NCBI GenBank assembly: GCA_003971905.1
Contig: RSEE01000059.1
Location: 1-64,000 of the forward strand
Source of the DNA: Moniliella sp. 'wahieum'
Lineage: Eukaryota
Direction of reading: 5' to 3'
DNA length: 64,000 nucleotides
The notes under the pieces are model-generated. The model searched no databases. It was not told the DNA's origin and saw only the letters and a program-made list of their open reading frames with translations. A program made the translations under genes and the position numbers. Of this stretch, positions 34,600 through 47,140 are shown one piece after another; position 1 is the first letter of the stretch; each line of letters starts with the position of its first letter.

Positions 34600-36300
34600 G
34601 GATCATTCACAAGTTGGTCGAGTACATTCGTACAATCCCTTAGACTAGGAGACGCAAGGACGACGGACGGTAGGTTCGCGCTGGGTCAGGTGATGGGTCG
34701 GAGCGGAACTTGGCAGGAGAAGTGAGAGGTCTTTGAGCACGAAGCCGAGCCGGTTGCACGTGTCGTGTGCCAAGGTTGGGTATATTATACGGTGGCACCG
34801 GCTTATTATTGGGTCGTAGGAAAACCTGTCTGAAGCCTCCTGCGCTTGGGGACGCGTAGAAGCTGTGGAGGACAAACGCTTCCAGAAACGAGGCTGAACA
34901 GCAGTGGCTACCGACGTGCCTGGAACAGAACTCGCGCGATAAGCTGCTAAGGGGACTCGACGCGGCTGAAGGAAGGTTCGCGCGACTGGGCGGATGGAAA
35001 GCTGAGGGACGAGAATGGAAGGTGGGGAAAAGGTAAAAGGTCCCCACCCACCAAGTCATACAGGCTAGATCCAAAGGGAAATCGGACACCGTAGGTGTGT
35101 AGAAAAGACTTCATGCCAACATATGGTTTGGTTGCCGCAGGCACTTGTCGCGGGGACACAGTCGTCGCAAAGATACTGAAACCTTGGGGACCTCATTAGG
35201 CCACCGACTGGGACGGGAGCGGGAGGCGACTATTGTCGCGCGGAGGCGGCCCCCCTTCGGGCCACCGTACATGGTTGAACCGTCCATCCATCATCAAACC
35301 ATTAAACTTGGTTAGACTTCGGACTGCACTCTACCTGCTACCTGATGGGCATGTTCAGAGCAAGAGCAGCTGGGCCATAGCTTGGATCAGACCATCACAT
35401 CCAACGTAGGCCCGTATCACCCAGGAGGCAATGTGGGGCATGCTGACAGATCGTGGCAGTGGTCAGTGGTCAGTGACCAGGTGCTCCTGGGCGGGAAGCA
35501 CGGCACCGGAGGAGAGACTGCGGGCAGACGTCGGTCACTGCGTCACCAAGGGTCGGTCGGGCTCTCGATCATCGATCATCTCTTTGGTCCGGAAGGTCGC
35601 TAGGTACGTACGTAGTCCGTCGGCCTACGCTGGGGCCTCCGACTCTCTCGTCTGTCAAAGATCTCCTGGCAAGCTCTTCCGATGTCTCCAGTAGAACCTT
35701 CGTCGTTTCTCGCCGAACCCACCGACCGTTTGGCTTGTCTTTCCTTCAGGCAGCTGGCGCACCGACTACGGCAGGTAAACAAGGCACTGGTTGTGCGTTT
35801 GCGTTCGTGTTCAGTTCCCAGTGTCACAGGACGTGTCGAGCCTGCTACTCTTCCAGATGACCGTCGAAGAGGACACGAGGTCACATAAAGAGAGAAAAAG
35901 AAGGAGGCCATAATGGTGCCGTCGCAGCTGCGGTTAAGATCTTTTGTACCATAACTTCATCGAAAAAGTGGCGCAGGCGTATACAGATACGGTTTCATGG
36001 GTGTACGAGCGATACACCACATCTTCAGAGAGAGTGCCGTCTGTCATCATCTCGTTCTTTCCGTGGAACAACTCTTTTGACGGTAAGTGTCATCATCGCC
36101 ACACGCCATGTTGTCTTAGTTCATTATGTGCGGGTGAAGAGGCCAGAACGAATCCTGGACGAGCCCCTGCATGTCATGTGCCATTCCCAATTGCATTTCA
36201 CCTTGAAGGAATTCAAATATACCATCTCCTGACTATTAGGTGTTCCCGGATTCCAGATGCCTCGACGTCTGGTTGCCAAGTTTTCATGGAGCCCCCCCCC
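34600..36300 (+). mobile_element. Decayed copia relic A (gag-PR-INT)
   Basis: 34640-35200 is homologous in reverse orientation to ~39950-40590; TWLDFG (PR-like, ~35305); QLAHRLRQVN (WHxRLGHxN-like, ~35750). Confidence 0.5.
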
Positions 36301-36499
36301 CCGCCATGAATCCCCTTTTGTTCCCGCGCCCCCAAATACATAGTCCAACTTCATCCCAAATGTCAACTGGCCCTATCAAAACCTGAGTAGCCATTCCACT
36401 TGGGCCGCTTCCCCAGTCCACGTGCCCTTGTCTCCTACAACCGCCTTTGAGGACACTTTTGAGCCCCGTCAGCTTGAGGGTTTTGACTCCCTCCTATTA

Positions 36500-37850
36500 C
36501 TCTAGCGCGTAGTCTACCTAATCGGTGTCGGTGTTGACCAGCATATGTTGCACCGTTGACATCAGTCCCCCTCATGGGACGAGTGGAACGATGCGACAGG
36601 GTGCAAGGTTCGTGCCCAAACTGGACTTACTTGTCCATCAGGGCATAGGGTTCGTAGCAGCCTCACAATAATTTAGGAGAATCAGTGTAATTGAACGTAC
36701 AGCAACGCTCAATCCAGTTCGATCCGTGGTCCGTATAAGATCAATTCTCCTTCACATAGGCTGTCTGTCTTGTATCTTGAAGCACCATGGAATATGAATT
36801 TCGGCAGAGGGGGCCAATCTGTTGAGTGTGACGTCACCTGCGGCCCAGCCCATTTAGTCTCCGGTTTATTCCGGAGCAGATCTTCCCGAGGCTTCTGCCC
36901 CCAGTAATTCTTCCTTAGTACCATCTCCCTTCTCACCGGTAGCAGACCGCTGGGCAGATATCCTCCGACACAATCCACCCAGAAACTTATCCTGATCTCA
37001 TTCACAGCCTTTATGTTACGGTGTCTATGTGCATGAAATCCTTGAAGGTACCTTTTACTTTGATTCCGCTTAAACCCTTTACTTGGTGTTGAAGTAACGA
37101 GATTCATAAGGCACCATACAATATTGGCGTAACCCGAGATGTAATTTTTTCATACGTCCAACGGGTCTGACTGCGTTGCAACTCACATCCTTTGGGACTA
37201 ACAGTTTTAGGTAGCAAAGAACGCGAGCATGTCTTCCATGCTGCTTCCCTATTTGGACTGCCTCGGCTGAAACTATGCACTTTAGGAAGTATGCAGAACC
37301 ACCAGCTGCGAGAGAGAAGGTAACACTGCCAAACATGTATATGCCTCCTACCTCTGTTCGTTCATCATGCCCAAGAGCTGGCAGATTGGTTGGCATATCA
37401 GGCTTCATGTTAAGTCACCCAGCCCGTTTGCACGAAACGCAGTTTCCCTTGATGTTTTCCTGAAGGATGAGGATAAGTATGATGCTTTTCTCTCAAAAGA
37501 ATCTCATCTGTCCGGATAGAACTATAGTTTCCAATATGAGAGCGTAACATGGCCATTGCGCACCCGCAGCCCTGTGCTACTTCTGCCACCAAATGTGCGA
37601 GCCAAAGATCGGTCATGTTTCTTCATCAGCTCAGTTATACGCTACAATGTAAAAAGGAAGGGCAGACATGTATCCCCCGGTGGGGTAATATGTTCTGCCA
37701 TCCTATTTCCTTCCACTGTGCGCTCACCTCAGAGCTGCATTGAGGTGAGAAAGTTGTGGTGCAGTTAATATGCACACACGAATCCAGCAAAATTGGAACG
37801 TGCCATGATTGAATGCTTGACAAAATTGTATCCGCATTCAAAGGTAAACT
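36500..37850 (-). mobile_element. Decayed copia relic B (PR-INT)
   Basis: ILLDSCVHINC, DLWLAHL...REKHHTYP, MFGSVTFSLAAGGSAYFL; possible PPT GAGGGGG-AC-TG near 36565. Confidence 0.4.
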
Positions 37851-37899
37851 CCATCAGAAGGGGAAAGGGTATGTCACTAAACCCACTTTAGAGCCTTAC

Positions 37900-40600
37900 C
37901 ATCCCACTATAGATGAAGGTCATGACAATGATGTGTTCGCTTACGCATCCCGTTCTGCAAAGGAATTGTGGAGGCCCTAACACCCAATTAACGCTGTTCG
38001 CTCCAAACACTGGGCCAATCAATCAGTCGCCGGCTATGATCCAAATATCTCTTCACATTGCTGGGTAAGTGAAATCACCGAATTATCCTGGCCAAATACT
38101 ATCTTCAAATTCATACTCGCACGTCAAGCGAAACGGTGAAAACCCAGGGTCTGGTGATCGGACATGTTACAAATTCAATTAGCAGAAATATCTGGAGCAA
38201 GGTCAGGGCTCATCGTCGATATAGATAGCATTTCGGAATAGAATACCTCGAGGGCGGTCAAGAAGCGGAAGCACCAACAGCTAGGATTTCTGTCCGGAGA
38301 AATCTTATGAAATCCATGCGACTAGTCATCGTTGGCATTGAAAACATATCAGTGTGGAGATGAAACGGCTATCGCCCATAATAGTGTGAGGCTACCACAG
38401 GCCCAGTTATCTGGGTTATTGTAAACATGTCGCAAACGTGGCGTGGATGGAGAGGTTACGGCGAAATAGTGGCCCAAGTCAGAATAGAGGGTCGATCAAG
38501 ATAATAGAGCAAGGCGAGTGGTTGTGCGAAGAGACCTAACATCGTAAACCAGATCTTGAGATACGCCATGACCAAGGGGGTGAGATCCAGCCACCTACTA
38601 CTTGATGACACTCATTGATCTTCGTGCATACGTCGACACCATGCTGCACAATGATCAGCCAAAGATATCATCTTGTAGGGCCCTTAGAAGGGTGGTGGTC
38701 CTACAACCCAGTTTTGGTAGCCATCATTTCGCTGTTGCCTGTTCCATGACAGGTTCAGTGTGCTGTCGTATGTACCAAGGCGTTTCGCGCATTGACGCTT
38801 CACCATCGATTTAGGGCTGTGTGGGCCAAACGAGTCGGGTGCTGCAATCGTAATAAATAGCTCACAGATCGAGGATTTTTTTGTATGAACGGCACTGAGT
38901 CCACGACTTTGGGCCACCGGTAGTTCTCTAATTCTTTTAGCGTCAAAAGAAAGACACAGATAATGAGCAGGAGTAGTCTCAAAAGGATGGCTGTCATGAA
39001 CACATACATTTGCACTTGAATGGTCCGTGAGGGTGGGGTGTATTCCAGACATGTAACGCTTCCAAACCTAGTTTTCGAAAGCAAGCCTAGCATTGGGAAA
39101 AAAAAGTAAGGCGATGCTCGCAAATGACCATTCATTATTCATTGTTCAATGTCACCTTCCCATCTCGTTGGCTCCCAGCTTAAGCCAAATCGAACAAATT
39201 TACAACGCATGGCGTCAACGTCACGTGAGAATTCTTGCTCTACTGCTCGTTGAAGAAGTACAAAATATTCCGGTATTATCAGCATGGGGTGTTAAAGGCA
39301 ACCGTTGTTCTATGTCCAGCCTTATTGGCTTTGCATTGGTTCGCTCAACAGATCAGTAGTGTTTGGCAGATATGGACAGGAGATGCCGACCTGGTGTGAG
39401 CCTTCCGCATCTGGTCTTGTTTTTCTTGCGTCACCCGAAAGCTTTGATATTTTTATTCCTACCATCACTCTCTCGCTCTCATGGCTCCAAAAGCAAAATT
39501 GCTTCTCTTTACGGTGGCTAACCGTTCCACGTGGTCCACAATTTGATTCAGAAAATGACGAGATCTCTGGTATATTCCTTTGCAATCGATGTGCCCGCCT
39601 TCCAAGTCTAAAATGCATCAATGGATATGAGGAAAGAGAAATCGAGACGTCGATTGACGGGCAAAAGGGCGGGAGCAGGGAGTGCGGTTGGCCGTATCCG
39701 ACGACGGGGATACATCACACAACCAAACTCAACTTTACCACGGGAAACCCCAGACACCGTGAAAGCCGATAGAGGCCCGTCCGCTCGACCAACAATAGAG
39801 GACGCTCCCAGATTCAAGTCAGTTTAATCGTGGCTGGCAAACCCGCCAGCGAAATTAGCACTAGTTCTACGGTTGCCCGATCGAGGGGAGACGCATCGCG
39901 CGACTATAGTCAGCCCCAGCTGAAGTCGAAGTTGATTGGCCTAAATGAGGCCACCGACAAGTTTCCGGTATCTTTGCGACGGCTGTCACCCGTCACCACT
40001 TACTTCTCCGTTGCGCGTGCGGCAACCAACCCTCTTGTGACATGTCTTCCTTTATACGCCCCTATACAATGTCCGTTCTCCCTTTTGACCTCGCCTGTAC
40101 CCATGGTTGGTGGTGATCATTTCACCCACCTTCCACTCTCCGCCCTTCCCGCCTTTCATGTCCAACTCCTGCTCGTTTCCAACCCATGGATTCAGTACAG
40201 GCAACCTCGTCTGCACTTGTTGCTTCCTCATCTTCCGACCTCGTCCTCCAGCTTTCCATTCCGCCCAGTCGGGCGAGCCTTCCTTCAGCCGCGTCGAGTC
40301 CCTGTACCTTCGCGTGGGTCCAGCCACGTCAACAGTAGCTTCCACTGTTCAGCCCCCAGCACTGGCAGTGTTGTCATCTACTGTGGCTCTCTACCCGTCC
40401 TCAAACCTCGGAGCCTGTATCAGACAAGTTACTATACGCCCAAACAGGAGTACATACGCAGCCTTTTTGTCACACAGCCGCCTCGGCTTCACGCCCAAAG
40501 GTCTCTCTCTACTCGTCTCTAGATCCGCTCAGATCTACCAACTAGCCCAATCCGAAACTGCCGTAAGTCATCCGGCTGTCTCCAGAGAGGTTGTACTCCA
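37900..40600 (-). mobile_element. Decayed copia relic C (gag-PR-INT-RT)
   Basis: In order: LNLGASS, HFRLG, NCGP...KQFCF, KRY...SANVCVHDS, GFHKISPD, YIDD (38212-38223), ISLTQ. Confidence 0.6.
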
Positions 40601-41799
40601 CAAACGTGGGTGGCTCCCAACTGGCGGGGCCCGCCCCTGAGGCAAGCGGCATAGATCACTGATCATCTCTCAAGAAAAGTGCATGCTAGGGAATCCTGAA
40701 GGAAAGTAGACATTCGGGGCACAAAGGGCAGCAATCATTGTATGTTGTGAAGCAAAAAAAACTTAGTAGATAGGAACCATGCAACCACCGTCGACCCTGG
40801 CGCGAATTGATGGCAATGTGCCCAGCGGGCCATCTGAAAGGTCCAAAAGGCGCGTCGTGACTTATTTGGTCACATGTTGCTGTAATAACATCGCCGTGCA
40901 CAAAGAACATGCTGTATTCGCAGGGGCGAGGGGTGACTGAATCTGAGGTATGGCCCCAGGTGTTGGGTACATTGGCTGAAGCGTGGAATTAGCTTTTCAT
41001 TTTTGGTGTCACGGGGCGACGTCTGAACCATCTTGCACAGCCGCCTCCACTTCCTTATCGTCGCTATCGCTTCTCGGCTTCTTTCCCTATCTCGTCTATC
41101 TCGACTCGTTTTCTCTTCTCTTTCCCCTTTCACCCTTCTTCTAGGCACTCCACTGCTTCTAGAAGGAACACCGCTCGCTCAGCTCGCTCGCCCTCCCTCG
41201 CCCATCGGAGCACACCGCTTTCGCGTCAGCCGCTACACACGCAACCTCTGCTTGCAGACCGCTGCTCAGGCTCTGCTCGACGCACCGCAAAGCACCACTC
41301 ACGACCCTCCTCCGTTCACGCCAGTGAACCTTGGACTTTGGATCTGAAACGCGTTCAGTCCTCCGTGATGACCATCTCCGATGGGCAGGGAAGGTCTCCA
41401 TCTGCCGGGAAGCCAGCCACCCCCGTCACATTCGGTAACAGAAGCCATACGCCAATGTATATGGAGTGGGAAGGCAGAAATACTCATTTCGAGGAAAAAT
41501 AGAGCGTCAGTCGACAAGCAAGGGCCGTGTTAGATCCATAGATGATGGATCGCTTAAGCACAACTTGGCTGCATTGTGCCTGTCCAACGAAACTATATAT
41601 ACTGGTGGGTAAAGCTGAAGCGGTTCTTATATTACAGCTAAAGTATTACGAATCCTTGGATTTAGCTCAAGCATCCCTGTCTATTCATCCCCTTCCCCTC
41701 ATACTCGCAAAAATCATCCCCATGTCCATACATGTGGGTAACAAACATGCGCGGGGGCACCAAGAGACGGCAGTTAAGGTCCAGCATTCGAATGAGGAA

Positions 41800-42220
41800 G
41801 GGAGATGTGGTTGCAAAGGCCCCGGGCCTCTATCGTTAATCCTCATGGCGTATCCGTCGTTTCACAGATGAAAGAATGAGGATCACGGGAATCATCAGTG
41901 GGGTTTGTGGAGGCGTTTTACGCGATACGCGTAAACCTTGATCTGAAGCGCTTCCAGGTACATCCGCTTCCTTCGATAACAGCCCCTATTCTCACCCTAA
42001 CCGCAAGCATCGAACGTCAGCAATTAGTTCATGTCTATAAAGACCGTTCTTTTGGCAACCACAACACCATTGTCCAGGCTGGGACTGGTCAGTCCAAGAT
42101 GATGGCCTTCTTCAAACTGTTGGAAGAACGCAAGAGTGTTGTTTGGGATCCTTGGATTCATATCTCAAGCGTTTCCCTTCACAGAGCGAGCGCGATCGAG
42201 GACGTACGCGTGGGCAAAAC
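41800..42220 (-). mobile_element. Possible copia RT relic
   Basis: LKKAI..GL..(Q)SP..W-like and MYLEALQI (LYVDDL-like) segments. Confidence 0.35.
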
Positions 42221-42222
42221 AG

Positions 42223-42953
42223 TTAAAAGGCAGAAAGGGGAACCTTTGAAGCCATCAGCTCCTCGGCTGCCTTGCATCCTCTCGGTATATCTTGTACTAC
42301 CGTATCATCCTTGCCAGTTCGCAGAGCGTCGAGCTTAGAGAGTGTTGCAGTCGTCTGCCACGCAAACAGTCAATCTCCCACCCAACATACACATTCACGT
42401 GGCGACCTACCAATTCCATCACCGCTTGGATCGAGGCCACTTTGTCCTTTTGTCGGTCCGCTCGCCTACAGCCCTCACAAAGTCAGTTATATGCGCACAC
42501 AGATCCATCGCGTAGAGATACGCGTACTTGTCCAACTGCTTGATCCGGGTACTAATGTAACTCCGGGCTTTAGCCTGGCTCATGGGGAGGTACAGGCCAC
42601 CTAAACCGAGCGAGACGAGCACTTCGCTTGCGGCGTTGCTGAGGTAGAGTTAATAACTTACATCTCCGAGCAGAGCAAGAAAGAACGCACTATCTCGTCG
42701 GCACTTCAATGCCGCTCTCAAGCACTTGAGAGCCATGGACAAAGGCCTCTTCTTCGGTATTGCGGTGCATGCGTTGTCGCACCTCAACCAGGTGGTCGGC
42801 CACCGCAACGTACGCATCCCGCTCGGCCTCGGTCTCAGCCAAGGCTTTCTTCTCCGCAGCTAGGTCTGGCTGAAGACGATTTCGCACAAAATCTTGCGCT
42901 TTGCTCATCTCGGCATCCGTTACGGGCCGGTCGTCCAGCTGGTCGGACGACAT
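42223..42953 (-). CDS. Prefoldin-alpha/UXT-like protein, 4 exons (42953-42691, 42638-42528, 42465-42411, 42354-42223)
   Basis: Three GT-AG introns with branch-like sites splice in frame: QDFVRNRLQPDL...EVPTRYNAASEVLVSLGLGGLYLPMSQAKARSYISTRIKQL (prefoldin-alpha beta-hairpin motif). Confidence 0.75.
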
Positions 42954-43249
42954 GGTGATGGTGGTTGGGCTGAGCCCAAATGGATTTGATGCTTGATGGG
43001 GACATGCGGGCCGCACTGGTTACTGGTTACGTCACACGTGTGTGTTCAACATTGCAAAAGTGGGCACTCGCTTTTTTTTCGCTTGCAGCAAGAAACTTAT
43101 CAAGAGGCCCAACATGAGGTACTGAAGGAGCTGGATTGGCACAAAAGGTATACTATGGTTGCGGCGGCAATGGCCACCCTGACGGTGATTGGAACATGAT
43201 AGTGATGCATCCAAAACAAGAGTAGTGACAAGGAGGGCGACATTGGAAA

Positions 43250-44581
43250 TCAGGCGGGAGTCAGCGGCTCAGGTGCAGCTATCTGGGCCTCTTGCGGGCC
43301 AAAGTTATCCACCACCTGGGATCCCTCAGGGAGTGCAAGTTCACCCTTGTCAAGCATATCTTGCAGGTACCCAACAGTGGGAATGGTCTGGGACCAAATA
43401 TGGTCCCCAACAACCAGAGGCCGATACTTGCGTTGGATCTCTTGGTCCTTAGGAGCGTGGAGGGGTTGGAATGTGGTGTGGTAGTCTGGAGCCCAAAAGA
43501 GAGGGAAAGAAAACCGCTCTTGCTGGCCCATGGGTCGAACACGATGCCGGGTTGCGACATACTTGCCTCCAGACAAGAGTTCGGTCATGTCCCCAATATT
43601 GAGGACGAGCGTGCCTGGGCGTGGCGGGGCATCCACCCACTGGCCCTGACCGTTGAGAACCTCCAACCCTGGCTGTTCTGACAGGAGAAGCGTCAAGCAC
43701 TCAAAGTCTGAGTGGGCCTGCATGCCCATCTCTTCGTTGGCCGGATCAAAATCAGGGAGAGCGGGGTAGTGCAACAAGCGCAAGCTGGCAGGAGGGGCGG
43801 CTTGGGAGCTCATGTAATCCAAAGCGTTAGGGGGTAGGCCGAGGCTCATCCCCAGCGCTTGCCACAGACGGTGACCCAGATGATATACCGCGTTGTAATA
43901 GTCCATCACTCTCTTGCGGAAGAGGGGAACGTCCTCTTCGCGAGGCCACAGATTGTGGCCCAAAAGAGGCGTTTGGGCTTGTACGAGAGGGTGAGTAGAA
44001 GGGATCTCATATCCCACATCAAACGCTTCCTTGATATCCCCAGCAATCGGACGGTCGCTGGAGCGAAATTCGTCTCGGGGCTGGTAACCCTTGTGACTGG
44101 GGAATGACTTGCCAATGTAGGCCTCCATGCGCTTAGCTTCGTCCAGTGCGTAAAAGTCTTTGGCGGCCGATTGGAGTCCATGGATAAGCTCAGGGGAGAT
44201 ACCATGGCCGGCAATGTAGGTGAATCCAACCCGCTCGGCTACAGCACCAAGTTCATCCGCCACCCTCTGTTGCTCAGTCAGGTCGGGAGAGAGTCCACTG
44301 ACATTGAGGGTAGGAATCGAATTGAAGTCGCCATGCTTGTTCGTCCGCTCGTGTGGGCTCCGAAAAGTCGAAGACAAGGGGGTAGTGTGGGGGCGCACCT
44401 GACAACGGGGAAGGAGCGCGCTGGAAACAGGAAAGGGCAAGGCTTGGGCGGAGGAAAGTATGGGCAAGGGAGTGGTGGTCATGCTGGGAACCTTCCCTGT
44501 CCCCCACGCCCTTTGGGCACGGAGGGCAGATGAGAAAGGCAAGTTGCTGCGTGTTGCGGCAGCCGATCGGGCGGCAATCAT
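43250..44581 (-). CDS. 2-oxoglutarate/Fe(II) dioxygenase, IPNS-like family, intronless
   Basis: VGFTYIAGHGI, LRLLHYP, HSD...H triad (AHSDFECLTLL, TRHRV), RFS co-substrate motif; 443-aa intact ORF. Confidence 0.93.
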   Translation of the reverse strand: MIAARSAAATRSNLPFSSALRAQRAWGTGKVPSMTTTPLPILSSAQALPFPVSSALLPRCQVRPHTTPLSSTFRSPHERTNKHGDFNSIPTLNVSGLSPDLTEQQRVADELGAVAERVGFTYIAGHGISPELIHGLQSAAKDFYALDEAKRMEAYIGKSFPSHKGYQPRDEFRSSDRPIAGDIKEAFDVGYEIPSTHPLVQAQTPLLGHNLWPREEDVPLFRKRVMDYYNAVYHLGHRLWQALGMSLGLPPNALDYMSSQAAPPASLRLLHYPALPDFDPANEEMGMQAHSDFECLTLLLSEQPGLEVLNGQGQWVDAPPRPGTLVLNIGDMTELLSGGKYVATRHRVRPMGQQERFSFPLFWAPDYHTTFQPLHAPKDQEIQRKYRPLVVGDHIWSQTIPTVGYLQDMLDKGELALPEGSQVVDNFGPQEAQIAAPEPLTPA

Positions 44582-45449
44582 GGTCTAGGCATGTAGTGGT
44601 AGAGGATGTGGATGAGGAGTTGAGGTCGCAAGGTAATGGAAGAACACCGAGGTAGCAAGATAACCCACTGTTGGTCGAGTTATTTATCAAAACTCTAAGC
44701 CAATTGTGCCGGCCATTGCAGAGAGAGTTGGCTTTTGCCCACAGCCTACGAGTAATCCTTACACTCAGTGTACTCAGTTCTTATCGTGACGCGTGACGCG
44801 TGACGCGTGACGGATCACGGTGATCGATCACGCGGAGCACGGACTGCCGCCCTCCGCCAAAACAACCCACAGTCAGTTGCAGAAACGACATGTGTAAGGG
44901 GGGCCCTTCTCCAGCCCCTTTCCGGCGGGTCCACTAATCAATGTTCAATGCAGTCGTGCAACCTGCTGGGTGTGTACGCTTGCAACCAATCCGGATGATC
45001 CCTCCCCGGGCCTCTCCGCACAACGTGTTCAACCACACGTTCAACGTTCATCATCGATCTCTACTCGCTGATCCCAGCTTCACTTGAGCACGTGTGATCG
45101 ACGCGCCGCCGGGTTTATTATATTCCGCCCGCGAAAGCCGAACGGCTGGGGCCTGTTGAGATCTCACGCTGAGGCCTGAAGGAGCCAGGGCTCAGGCTTC
45201 AGAGCGATCAGACGAACGTGACGTGGTTGGCATTGAGTAAGTGCACAATCGCTAACTTTCGGACAAAGCTTTGGCTTGCACTCCCAGCGACCAGCCCAGT
45301 CTAGTGAGATATCTCAGCCTGATCAGATCTTTGAGGATCTTGCCGATGTAATGCATTCAACACAGACCTTCGTCGTTGCGGGCCTTTGGACCTCTGTTGG
45401 GGAGATCTAGTGGGTCTCTCTCAGATTTTAACGTCTCATATCTTAGCTC

Positions 45450-46260
45450 CTCTCATATCTCACCAGTGAGGTGACAAGTCCTCATGGATGACCCCCTCAC
45501 CGTGCTGTTTCTATACAGAAAGAAGTTACCAGCGCCATGTGTCTCTGTCTGTTTCTGTGGAAGATCTTTGGAGTGGACTGGTAACTGGTAACTGTGGAAA
45601 TGATTATTGATGCAGATGATGCATGCATGGTGTGAATGAGTATGAAGTTGCATGTGGTACATGCTTGTTGGACGATATAAGGCGAACATGGGCACAACAT
45701 GAACTGGATGGCCTGCGATGATGTTGCTTTCGCTCATAGTATGTCTGCCCGGTTCAGGAGGAACAGATGCGGAATGCAAGCTGGTCACACCTTTTTGCCT
45801 GCGCCCCTCAACGAGTCAAAACCTTCAGGATGGGCATTGTCTGTAGCATGATGCATTCAACATCTTCGGCGTCGGCGCGCCCTTGTCCCCCATGGCATCT
45901 TGATATATCAACCTCGAATTCAATCAACTTATCAAAAAGCCCTCGGGAAGAAGCGAGAGCTGCTCCGTCGTCTCAAGACATAGAGGAGAATGGTCGAGGC
46001 CCAATGGCTGCGGATCTAGACGTGTTCTACACAGTCGCGAGACCCAAGTCAAATGGGTACATGAGAATGGTGGTCGTCGGGTTCGCAACCGTCCGACAGG
46101 TTGTGCGATATCCCAGTCCGATCCGTGCCGCCTCCATTGAAAAGAGCGCCCGTGGGAACTGTGGGAACACTACTTCGTACTTAGCTGTGATCGTGCCAGG
46201 AAGATCGCGGATGTGGGGCAAAGAAAGAGGATAATCGATAACCTCAACGGTCATCGCCCT
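45450..46260 (+). mobile_element. Possible decayed copia integrase relic
   Basis: ACGTC (CxxC) and YTVARPKSNG (YTPxQNG-like) in a lower-GC, gene-free stretch. Confidence 0.3.
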
Positions 46261-47140
46261 CACCGCTCAGGTTAGCATGTGAACGTGTGAACGTGTGCGA
46301 ACGTTGCACACGTTGAACATTGAATATTGAGCTTGAACGTTGCACCCTCCTTTCGTGATTTGTAAGCGATGCGAGCAGATGTGACTTGCGGAACGTTCAA
46401 GTTCAACCGTGAAGGAGTGGAGGCCGAATGAACGTGAAAACTCCGCCCCAGTGGGAAAAAGAATGTTTGGTTTCCACAGAGGACCAAGTCAGTCGTCGGG
46501 TTAGCGTTCCTGTGGTCTTCTCAACCACCACCTTCACCAACTGGACTTTCCAACGTCCAACGCCAACTCGCCCGCATGGCCCTTAACATCTTTCTTCCAT
46601 TTCCTCTTATTTCTGGGCTTGGTTTACCTCACCCCGTGCGATGCGAGCCCTGCCGAGAGACACGTCACTGTTCACTAGTCACAGCAGCAACCCTTGCCAA
46701 TTCAGGACTCTGCAGCTATTCGGTGCGCAGATGGATCCGGGAAACGCAAGGAAGACCAACCGAGCCTCCTGTACGCATTATGCTGCCCTGTCGATTCCAG
46801 CGGGGGGGCATAAGAAAGGTCTGCCAACAACTTTTCTTCCCTCTCTCTTGCCAATGCATTCCTGCATCCCTCTTCAATCTGTAGATTCGTCTCGAGACGT
46901 CTTCTCTTCTACACTAGGCAGTAGACACTCCCCTTACCGTATGTTTGGTCTAGTCGATGCATCCCTCGAATGCACGGGGTTGCACTCTTTCCATCTAGAG
47001 CGTGAGGTTTCTAATGTTCCCCCTAGTGGGCGATTGTGAAGTAAAGTACAAAAATGCATCCCTTCCCCTCTGTCCCCCCTTCCACCTCCTTTGCCCACTC
47101 TCACACAGGTGGGCAACGAATACGAATGCGAACCGGTTGT

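Noticed and set aside
34600..40600. Firm centromere call or large TIR DNA transposon
   Set aside because: The inverted copies are strongly diverged and better explained as gag regions of two copia relics; no transposase seen.
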